A stretch of DNA of 64,000 nt, from the NCBI RefSeq assembly GCF_008831285.2, contig NC_045138.2:42470001-42534000 (forward strand), in the 5' to 3' direction. Every line of letters starts with the position of its first letter. Position 1 is the stretch's first letter. Shown here one piece after another: positions 53,278 through 64,000 of the stretch. The notes below the pieces were generated by a model. It was not told the DNA's origin and did not search any database. It was given only the letters and a program-made list of their open reading frames with translations. The position numbers and the translations under genes were made by a program. The DNA is from Nymphaea colorata. Lineage: Eukaryota.

Positions 53278-54085
53278 TTTGGGGGCCAAGGAGGAAGAAA
53301 CGAAGCGATGGAGATTGTGGTTGTTCAGCGTCTTCCTTATATGATTCTCTCGGCAGCTTGTTATAGCGGGATCGGAAAGGCGAAAAGGGCAGGCGACTCG
53401 AAGGACGTGGGCTATAGAACCACTTCAAACCATACTGAAAGAGATCAAAACAGTCAAATCTGCAGAGGCCCATCAATTGTGCAGGCCGAATTAAGTTGGT
53501 AGTCGTCCAAAATTATTGCCATTGCTGTCACGGAGATCAAACTTGAAACCCCTTCACACATTTATGGTATGAAATACACAAGCTGTGGCTGAGATCTATC
53601 TGCGCATATGAAGACAGGTTCTTGTGTCCAGTCCTAGTTGCCATTTGCACCGATTTTTTTAATTTGTGTCCAGTCCTACTGTCGCCAATCAATTCCTGCC
53701 ATTAATTTTGCATAGACGATCCGGCTAACACGGATGCAGGTGTACCGATCTGTCAATGCATTTTTTCGACGGTGGGAGTTACGGTAAATGTTTTAAAATC
53801 CACGAAAAATACGTGACTCGTACATCCATTCTTTATTCTTTGGAGTCCGTGACCCCAAGCTAAAAAAGAAAGCAACTTGTCACTTAAACAACAAAAAGAG
53901 TTTATGAAAGGCCTATTAACTCGTATCATTGTGAAATAAATTCTAATATCGAATTACCATTTTTAAGTTGTATTTGCTTATAAATCATAAGAACGAGAAA
54001 CTGGAAGCTAGCTACTCCACACTTTACAGCCTCTAATAAATTATTGTATTTGCATATTTAACGTGAATTTAGTATCAAGTTTTAG

Positions 54086-54503
54086 TAGGAATATCAATAT
54101 ACCAATTTGAATAGGATATCCGATTGAATCAATCTGAAAAGAATCAAATATAAAAAAAATAATAGATTAAGAAATCAGATCATATTTAGGTTTAAGAAAT
54201 GACATCCGATTAGGTTCAAATTTACATAAATATCCCACCGGATTCAGATTAGATTTATTTTATGACAAATATCATATATGTAATGCTGAAGATTGGTAAA
54301 ATTCAGTTCATATTAGGATTTTGATATAAATAGAAAAAAAAAATCAGATTTGGATTGTAAAATCAGATTTCAGATTTGGATTCACCTTCAACTTTTTTTT
54401 ATTCATGTTTGAATCCGAATTCAAATCCAAATATGTGAATGTCCAAAAAAACAGATGTGATCAATGGTATATCCGGCTAGAATCCAATCCATAAACATCT
54501 TTA
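54086..54503. mobile_element. hAT-derived MITE (418 bp) upstream of the right wax synthase
   Basis: Degenerate termini TAGGAATATCAAT / ATAAACATCTTTA resemble the hAT at 16806. Near-TSD AGTTTTAG / AGTATTAG. GGAT/ATCC subterminal motifs. Confidence 0.7.
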
Positions 54504-55885
54504 AGTATTAGCATATCACTCTAAAACAATTACTCAATGAGACAAATATTCGGGTCACAACATTCATATTTGTCCATTATCAAACAGTTAACAAATTCAA
54601 TGTGCATGTATACGCAACATACTGCTTTCTAAAACTCAAAAAAAAACAAAAACAAAAGTTTAAAATTAAAGAACTAATCCTTTAAAATATAAGTCAATAA
54701 CGATAACCAAGCTTGTCATTTGTGCCGGGCCAGTCCAAACCATCCAAGATGGACAGAAGAGACATAAAAGAATTTTATGAGTTTGTCCACTATTATTTTT
54801 ATCAAACCTCTCAAATGACATGTTTAATTTAATTCTTTACTTTAATCAATAAAATTTGTTTTCCAATACATCAATCATGGCCGTTCGATTTCTGTATATG
54901 GATGATTCTCATATTCACTTTAATAAATCCAATGTAAATGCAACTCTTTCATATGCCAAGATGGGCTTAAGAAAGACGCTACTATTAACTAAAAACACAA
55001 TGATACATTCAAACTATAAGTGGTAAATTTTGTTTCTTGAAAATCTGAAGGGGCGCATGGCCCTTGCCGGGCCCTCTTAGCTCATAATAGGGACAATTTT
55101 GCGCTTCCATCCTTGATATTTAGTACAAATGTTAAATCTCCGTTCAACCCACAGGAAGAGGAGACCAATCAATTGGGACACTCGACTCAATTAATGAAGG
55201 AAAGGGACTAAGGGTGACATTTACATACTACTTGAAATGGCTCTTGCCACTGCTCATAACCCCCTAGTTGTTGCGAATGAAGTTATTGGCACTGACCCAC
55301 ACCCTAACCTCTGCACAAGACCAGTTACTGCCCTTAATGATATTAGGACTAACCTTTTGCGAGGGCATGGACCGTCGCCAATAATACCATTGGCAATGGC
55401 AAGAGTCATTAACAATACCAACTTTGCCAAGGACTATTTATATTGCCAATAGTGATGAAATCAAAAACTTTCTGGCTAAAGGCACTCTAAGTTTAAATTT
55501 CAAACTTGGGCATTCATATATAAAAAATTGAAAATTAATGAAGTTTTTATATATAAATAAAATAAATTTTTATATATAAACAAAATAAACTTTATGGGCT
55601 GGTGTGGGACATCCATCATTTCCAACATGTTTCTTATAGGGCCATTTCATGGTTTGGAAATATACTCTACACTTACAAATAAATTTAAAATTTTTGAAAT
55701 TCATCCTTCTAACCGTTAAGGCCTATTCCAAAAACATCTTTCGGGAATTTTCGTCCCACCCGGAGAAGTTGGATGAAAATTACAGGATGAAAAATAAGAC
55801 TGTTGCTTTCCGCGATGACTGCGAGGATGCTGCCTGCCTGCATGAAGCTTCGTCACCGGCGATGGCTGCTAGGCGATGTATACTG

Positions 55886-55921
<36 letters not shown>

Positions 55922-56353
55922 AAGGAACCAGCAACATTAGGGTAGTGTTTGATGGGCAGTATTACACTGTAGCAACGGAATAATATTTCAAATTTTAAAA
56001 AAAAATCCTGCGTATCAAACGCGGAATTATATTTTCGACCGTTGAGGTCGATTCCGGAATAATGTTTCCGGAAACATTATTCCACCCGGAGGGGTGGAAA
56101 TATGTTTCCGGAGTTTTTTTTGGGACCGTTGGGGCACGGTCGCGTTTCCCGTTTCGCTGCCTCTTCGCTTACTCGCCTCTCGCAGCCGCAGCCCTCTTCG
56201 TCTTCCCTCACTCACCTCTCGCAGCAGCAGTCCTCTTCGTCCTCACGCAATGCTCTTCGTCCTCATGCGCGCTGCAGCCTTCTTCCTGCTGCCACGAACC
56301 TTCCCCACTCGAAGGATTCCCTCATCAGCTCCTTAATAGGGTGAGGGTTTTGA

Positions 56354-57241
56354 ACCGCTTCTGTTGAAGGGGAAGGTGGAAGATGCCACCACCATGTCGT
56401 GAACCCGGCGACCCACGAGATTTTTCGCCTCCCGGGGTCCTCTCCTATCTCTGTCTCGATCTGCCAGCTCCTCTTCGACCCCTCTCCCAAGTGGAGCACG
56501 CATAAGGTTCTCATCGTCTCCCACCAAGGGTCCGCCATTGACGCGAAGATATTCACTTTGGGCGTTGATCGATCATGGAGAAGCCTCGAGGGCGCTGTTC
56601 CTGCTGCAGCATGTTGCTCTTCCACATTTTCCCTCCCTTGTGTTAATGGAGCCATCCATTGGTTGGCAGAGATTTTTAAGATCGTTGATGAAACCGCAGA
56701 TGGGTTGCAGCCTGAGATACTTCCCACCGATTTTGTGGCTCAGCGCTACGGGTCGGAGTCGATTGTCGCTTTCAATATCCGGGAAGAGAGATTCCGGCAG
56801 TTGGCGTATCCTAATTGCTGCTATGGGGGTGACTTCTGCGGTGGAATGCATGATGTGTACTTGTTTGAGATTGGTGGCTTTCTGTATTTTCTCCATTTTG
56901 ACGTCTCTAATGCCACCTTGGATATATGGGTGCTGAAGGACTATGTGGAGGAGAAGTGGATCAGAGAATACAGGATTCATTCAGAATGCCTCCACAAGGA
57001 GTTGCATTTGGCGGATCATTTCTTGAGCATAGATGTTCTAGCTGCATTTGATGACGAAATCTTTGTGCAGGTTTTTGGGTCTTTTGGGGAGCAGGTACCT
57101 GCTTTAACTTCCTACCACACTGTATTTAGAAGGTTTAGCAATATATCGGAAAACAGGATCCCAGATATCATAACTGTCGATGGTACATACGTCGAAAGCC
57201 TTCTCTCTAGTAAAGCAATTGAGCATCCGGAACATGAATGA
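56354..57241 (+). pseudogene. F-box-associated (FBA) domain gene lacking an intact 5' end
   Basis: VVNPATHEIFRLP...FDPS....HKVL...IFTLGVDRSWR...CVNGAIHWL...IVAFNIREERFRQL...LDIWVLKDY..EKWIREY. An in-frame TGA at 56351 precedes it; there is no N-terminal ATG and no F-box motif. Confidence 0.75.
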
Positions 57242-57370
57242 GAATCAAGAGGGATTGTAAATGTATAATTGGGCCATTGTGAATTGCCCAACTACTTTTC
57301 TTTTTCATTTTGCTGTACATTCATAAACGCAGTATGAAATGTAAAATTGTCTAGTCGTATGTCCTCTTTT

Positions 57371-57845
57371 TGTTGGGATTTCTCCCCATATCGCATATAC
57401 AAAACCAAACGTATATACCCTAAAACAGGATCATGCTCATGCTAAATCATTGAAATAAACGAAACCTTAAACTGAAGCGGAAGCGTACCTGAATCCATCT
57501 GATCTGGTGCACGGGAAGATCGCAGCAGGGTCTTCCAGGGTACGTGCGGCGCGCTTGAGGTCTCTCTCAGATGGGGAAGAGGAAAATCCTAGAAACCAAT
57601 GTTTCAGGCAACCATTGCACGACCCTAGGGACCACTACCATTTTATAATAAGAACAATTACGGATTCCACCCATCAAAGAGTCCGTAATTCGGTACTGGT
57701 ATCTATACATTTCAGAATAATCCCATACCATCTAAAATGACGTAATATCTCAAAATGCAATCACTTAAGCGGATATTTACGTTAAGACAGCCATAATGTC
57801 TGAAATTCCTCATAGACATATGCTGGCCCACCAAATGATCTTACA
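57371..57845 (-). repeat. Copia 3' LTR
   Basis: Identical length to the 5' LTR. PPT adjacent (57846-57861; minus strand GGCCCAAGTGGGAGAT). Confidence 0.97.
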
Positions 57846-60800
57846 ATCTCCCACTTGGGCCAAATATGTCTTAATACATTCAGACATTACACAAAACCTT
57901 AAGAGCTCATAATTGCTATCTTATTAAACGTCATTTCACCAATCTCGTCCATGATCATATCAACACAGAACCAAAGCGGCTTTCGCTATATCAAAATTAG
58001 CTAAACCTTCAATGATCACAAATGTTAACATAACCAATAACATAGATCTGATATGGATGTATAGCATGAGAATTACATGCAATGTGATTACAATATGTCT
58101 ATTCTCAACTGGTCCAACTTTAAAATATTATGGAGATCAAAACATAAACACAGAATGGAACCAAAGAACTTTAAACTTTATTCTGCAGAAAACTGAATAC
58201 GTGTCCATATATCAGAGCAAACAAAATACAAACTCCCACTAAACTAGCACATCATCCAAGGATAACACCCCATACGAACAACATATTCGTGAAAGACCTT
58301 ATGTGTTAAACCCTTGGTAAGCGGATCCGCAAATCATAGAGTTTGTCCCAATATGCTCTAAAGACACCTGACCATTCTGTATCCTCTCTTTAACAACCCA
58401 AAAAACTTAATGTCGATGTGCTTCGACTTTGACAAACTGTGGCTGTTATAAGAGTACATGACTGCTGAATTATTGTCACACAACAACCTTAGTGGTTTTT
58501 CTATACCATACATGATGCGCAGCCTCGTGACAAAATTCTGTAATCACAAAACCTGATTGGATGTCATTATCTTGGCACCCAGCAAAGTCAGAATCTGAAT
58601 ACCCAATGATCTCCCACTGGTCTGACTTCCTGTATGTGAACGTAAAACCTTTTGTTCTTTCTAAGAACATCAATACCCTTTTTGGCTGCTTTCTAATGAT
58701 CCATACCAGAATCACTTAAATATCTGCCTAACATTCCAATGATAAATGCAATATCCGGACGAGTACAAACCTGAGCATACAAAAAACTTCCCACAACAGA
58801 CGAATAGGGAATCATTTCCATTTCCTTATATTCGATTTCACTTTTAGGGCACTGTTTGTTTGAGACAAAACTTGTCTCATTTAGCAACTGGAGTATCTCC
58901 TGGTTTACAATCTTTCATGCCATATCGTTGAAGCACCTTATCAATGTAGGCCTTTTGTGATAATCCAAGAATACCCCGAGAACGATCTCGAAATATTTAG
59001 ATCCCCAATACAAAAGATGCACAACCAAGATCCTTCATGTCAAATTGTGTTGACAAAAAATTCTTAGTTTCATGGAATATGCCCATATCATTACTTGTCA
59101 GCAATATATCATTGACATATAAAACCAGAAAGATAAACTTGCCCCACTGAAGTTTTGTTATACACATTCATCAACCATATTAGTTTCGAAACCAAATGAA
59201 ACTATAACTTCATGAAACTTGTAATACCATTGACGGAAAGCTTGCTTTAGCCCATAGATGGATTTCTTGAGTTTGCAGACCATTTTCTTTGCATCTCCTG
59301 AAACAAAGTTTTCTTGTTGCACCATATATATCGTTTCATCAATGTCTCCATTTAGAAATGTTGTCTTAACATCCATCTGATGCAGCTCTAAGTCAAAATG
59401 AGCTACAAGTGCTACTATAGTCCTGAAAGAGTCTTTTGATAAAACTGAAGAGAAAGTCTCTGTATAATCAATGTCTTCCTTTTGAGTAAAGCCCTTAGCG
59501 ACAAGACTTGTCTTATACCTTTCGATGTTACCTAATGAATCCCTCTTGGTTTTAAATATCCATTTACAACCAATGGGTTTCACACCTTCAGGCAAGGGAA
59601 CAACTTCTCATATGTCATTATCCATCATGGACTTTATTTTCTCATTCATGGCATCCATCCACTCAAGAGATTTAGAACTCTTTATTGCTTGCTGGAGGTT
59701 GACAAGATCATCCTCCATTAAGCCCATATCAACATCATGTTCTTGGAGATAGACAAAATAATTTGAAATTGTATTTCTCCTCTCTCTAGTGGATCTCCTC
59801 AGTGACACCTCTACTTGATTTTCTTGAGGTTGTTGAGTTTGTTCTTCAGTATGGAGATCGACATCATTGCCTTCTTCTGAATAGAGTGGACTCGGGTCCC
59901 TCTTCAAAGGCAATGCTTCTAACCTGATCACCTCCCCAAACTCAATATCCTCAAAGAAATAGGCATTTCCCTTTTCAAAGAAAGACTTACTGAATGGATT
60001 ATAAAACTTATAACCCCTTAATGTTTGTTCATTTTCCCTTTATACATTCAATGCAAACATTAAAGTCTGCAAAATCAAGGGACTCAAGAATTCCTTTTGA
60101 CACAAGCCTTTATATTCACTTTTCAGAGATATGTCTTAAGCGTCAATGTCATAACATAATAGAATTCTAATTTGCTAATTTTACTTTTAGTACCACTAGA
60201 CGTAACATGAAAGATTTCATTATATGAAGCAACCATATCAAGCAAATAAAGGTTATCGCTACTAGACAAAGAACCAGCGACAATCAAATTTGAGTACAGA
60301 AACAACTTAAATTTACTTCCTCCAAATGAACAATAATAATTGAATTTGTCCAATAAGAAAATAAGAACCAAATTCCATCTAAGAGACGGTACCACATAAG
60401 TTTCTGTCAAATTCAAATAACAACCAGTCTTCAACAATAACCAAGAAATTTGCTATGGGTTTAACCTTCGCCTTCTTGCCATCGCCCACATAGATGAATC
60501 TTTCAACATCATTTGGCGTTCGACAATTTAGGCAGCCTTGCATAGACACTATGTGAGTAGTAACACCGAATCTACCCACGAAGTGTTTCTGGGTACTGAA
60601 GTTAAATTATCCTAAGAACAAACCAAAGTGAAAAGTGTACCCTTCTTTTCACGCCATGCGTGATACTCAGTACAATCCCCCTTTATATGACCTTCACCCT
60701 TGCAAAAGAAGCAGCCTAATAGGCCTTCCTTATGCTTCTTCTGTTTCTTAACGGATGATTGGTCAACTGCAATTTCCTTAACAGTCTTTCTTTTCTTACT

Positions 60801-61599
60801 TGAAAAAATCGAATCATTCATCTCAGTAATAATACTCAAATTTGCAAATATCATGGAAGCAGAACTCACTGTACAAAGAACAAACCAAAAATACCAAACA
60901 TGCTCACAATCAATACATGTACAAAGATGAAATAACAAATATAAATGAATTTAAATACAATGTCCTGAATCCCATCACAAGGTACCGGTGCAACGTTAAT
61001 ATCCAATCATTGGATTGAAATACTAACTGCAAGTAGTATTCTTGGTCAACAATGAATATAGATAATTAACCCTGTCAAACAACGAGCCTATCTTTGGATT
61101 GACTCGCTATTTACATGGAAACCTGCAAAATTATCACATATTCATTGTCCTATATACTTAAACCTGACCAAACAACAATCATCCTTTGGGTTGATCATTG
61201 TCCGCATGGATCAAGTATACTATCATCTAATGTTTAAAACAAGCAAATTCGTACAACAGAGGTCACTTTGGCGACATAAAATACAAACTTACTCATTTAA
61301 AACAACAGACATGGCCAAAGTTCAAATTCACATTCCAAACATTCATCTAAAGTACACCCATAAATTTAAAACATGCAAAACATGATACATGAATTAAAAT
61401 TTACATACAAATTTGTCCTATATTGAATCCAAAACCAAAATGATCCAATAAAAGGGACCCAAAAGTGTCTAAAATTTTATAAACTGATACCATAATTGTG
61501 CTTAAGTGTGTCAAGAGCTACTGAATCGGCCTTAAAGTGGCCCGTATTGTTATTAAACTACAACAAAAAACACCCACATGCCCCTAAATAGGGCTGAAC

Positions 61600-61950
61600 T
61601 GGTCTAAAAATTAGACGTACCGGTCAAAAATAGACCGTATCGGTTCTAAAACTCACTGAACCGGTTAAAATTGGCTAAAAACGGATCCAGAACTCAATGA
61701 ACCGGTCTGAAAAGCCTTGAATCGGTCTAAAATCAACTTAATCGGTTCTGAAATGCTAGAATCGGTTCCAAAACTGAATGAACCAGTTCTGAAAGCCCTG
61801 AATCGGTTCTAAAACTGAATGAACCGGTCCCAAAATGGTTCGAATCGGGTTTAAAAGGTCCGAACCGGTTCTGAATCGATTTAAATCGGTCTGAAACTGA
61901 ATGAACCGGTTCGATTCTTTACAGAACCGGTTTGACAATAATGAACCGTT
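61600..61950. repeat. Degenerate ~21-bp tandem array (AACCGGTT core) in the copia leader
   Basis: Repeated TGAACCGGT/GAATCGGTTCT units. Confidence 0.8.
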
Positions 61951-62814
61951 TTCCAAAAGTTATACTGCATGGATACGGGTCGGGTCCGACAGGGCCCGAC
62001 CCGGTCCGAAAAATTAAACGCAGACGCGGGCGGGCGGGCGGCAAAATAGTTTTTTTTTTTTTTTTTAAACTTTCTGGATCCGAGTCGGGTCAAGACTGAC
62101 CCGACCCGGGTCCGACCCGCCTCCCGCTCGACCGACGCCACTGCTCGCCTCTGATCAGTCACCGAACTGACGGCGAACGGCGAAATCGCCTCCGGCGGGC
62201 CACCGGGGGCCTTGGGTGGGAGCCGATGGGTGTCACGACGCCGTCCGGCGACGGCTAAGTCGCCGGCAGGTCTATGACCGGCCGCCGCCCTTATTTCTCA
62301 GATTTTGCCCCTTTTGCTTTTCTGTTTTGAATCCGATTGAAAAAACAGCAGCGACAGCAGCGTGAAGGCCACCGGCGACGTTGGGTGGGCGCCAGCTGGT
62401 CCGACGGGCCCGACTGGCGACAGCAATGTCACCGGCGGTCGCCCTTCGCCGGCCGATACACCTCCCAGCCGTCGCTCCTCACTGCCTACTCCTTCTTGTG
62501 CCCCTTTTCCCTTTTCTTCCTCTTGCGTGGCTGCAACAGACGCAGGGGAACCACCGACAGGCCGCCGGCGGGTCTCGCCAGGACGGCCGACAGACGGCTG
62601 TTCGCCTTTCGGCGACGGTTGCCTGCCGAAAACTGGCCGTCCCTTCGCCATACTTCCCTGTGCCTCAGGCGACTGCAGCGGAAGCCCGACGGCTTCCGTT
62701 GCTCGCCCATGAATTTTTTTTTTTTTTTGAAACTCACAGCGAAGAACAGGAAGAACCGAACGAGAAGACGCACAAAAAATAATCCAAAAAATCAACGATT
62801 CAACAATGAGCATA

Positions 62815-62827
62815 GGCTCTGATACCA
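62815..62827 (-). promoter_or_regulatory. Primer binding site for initiator tRNA-Met
   Basis: Minus strand TGGTATCAGAGCC, 2 nt from the 5' LTR. Confidence 0.95.
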
Positions 62828-62829
62828 AA

Positions 62830-63304
62830 TGTTGGGATTTCTCCCCATATCGCATATACAAAACCAAACGTATATACCCTAAAATAGGATCATGCTCATG
62901 CTAAATCATTGAAATAAACGAAATCTTAAACTGAAGCGGAAGCGTACCTGAATCCATCTGATCTGGTGCACGGGAAGATCGCAGCAAGGTCTTCCAGGGT
63001 ACGTGCGGCGCGCTTGAGGTCTCTCTCAGATGGGGAAGAGAAAAACCCTAGAAACCAATGTTTCAGGCAACCATTGCACGACCCTAGGGACCACTACCAT
63101 TTTATAATAAGAACAATTACGGATTCCACCCATCAAAGAGTCTGTAATTCCGTACTGGTATCTATACATTTCAGAATTACCTCATACCATCTAAAATGAC
63201 GTAATATCCCAAAATGCAATCACTTAAGCGGATATTTACGTTAAGACAGCCATAATGTCTGAAATTCCTCATAGACATATGCCGGCCCACCAAATGATCT
63301 TACA
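62830..63304 (-). repeat. Copia 5' LTR
   Basis: About 12 substitutions versus the other LTR, counted by eye. Confidence 0.97.
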
Positions 63305-64000
63305 CTTTTAACTAGTTTCTTCTTTCTGTACATGTTTGATTGTCCGGCTTATGACGTTGGCTTCGTTCTGGTATGCTGAAGAACTGTAATTATCTTTTGC
63401 ATCCAATCTATTGTTTGGTAGGTTCAGACTTTCTGTATATACACAGGTTGGTGAATTTTTTCGGTTGATGAGTGCTTGCAAGAGCATCATAGGTCCTTTT
63501 AATTACATGCATGGGATCTCAGAAGTTTCATTGTGCTCTTGATTGCTTGAAAAATCTTGGAGCTCCTTATAGAACCATGTTACGTTAACAATTGAACTGT
63601 ATCAAGCTGAGTTTTGTGATATGGATCTCTGGTGCAGCGGTGCTGATGATGCTAGGCGCATGTCATGATCCTCCCAATTACTTTACACTTCACAGTTTTT
63701 TTTTTACGATTTTGGATCATTTATTCAGAGCTTCACATATTGGATGCTATAGTGCACTTTATCTGGTTCTGTTTGGTTTTGTTTTGAAGGATTCACATGT
63801 TTCAGTATTGAAAATATATATATGGGCCCGTTTGATGCCTTAAAAATATAAAAACGGAAAGAAATTTTGAAAAATCTATTTCTGAAATTGATGAATTAGA
63901 AACAAAATCCATATTTCTAAAAACCTCCTTGTGTTGCCTAAACTTGGATTTATATTTCTAAAAGCAAATTTCACGGTTTGACGGGAAAAAGTTGGAATCA

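Larger units (their letters stand above)
57371..63304 (-). mobile_element. Ty1/copia LTR retrotransposon, 5,934 bp, internally deleted
   Basis: 475-bp LTRs (57371-57845, 62830-63304), TG...CA, TSD CTTTT. RT motifs IGCKWIFKTK...LVAKGFTQKE...LHQMDVKTTFLNG...LKKSIYGLKQ; RNase H IGYSDSDFAG; zinc knuckle CFFCKGEGHIKGDC. Confidence 0.97.

Noticed and set aside
55225..55454. Small CACTA-like MITE ending in TAGTG
   Set aside because: No matching CACTA left terminus or TSD could be found.
7484..57241. Functional biosynthetic or defence gene cluster (acyltransferase + TIR + F-box)
   Set aside because: Only the two paralogous acyltransferases are intact; co-location is explained by segmental duplication.
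62298..62867. Several 100-190 aa ORFs
   Set aside because: GC-rich copia leader, open in many frames, with no protein motifs.

Overview
Eukaryotic plant nuclear DNA, AT-rich and dominated by transposable elements. The TIR style, repeat content and heavily unedited nad4 suggest an early-diverging angiosperm such as Nymphaea, but that is inference only. There are two intact, intronless MBOAT wax-synthase/sterol-acyltransferase paralogues in inverted orientation (7484-8557 +, 52204-53277 -). The left copy and its flanks look like a circular permutation of the right locus, joined at a 6-bp ACTTAA microhomology. Between and around them lie three copies of a dead TIR-domain exon, a mitochondrial insertion (unedited nad4 exon plus intron, and a partial trnH), and a 10.4-kb hAT element with a perfect 8-bp TSD. 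That hAT carries a captured CRUMPLED LEAF (CRL) exon-intron-exon piece and a nested 2.65-kb Pack-hAT holding a YebC-family exon. The window also contains two decayed CACTA elements, a fold-back repeat, a 5'-damaged F-box-associated-domain gene, and a full-bounded but internally deleted Ty1/copia element. All calls were made by eye; no database search was run.
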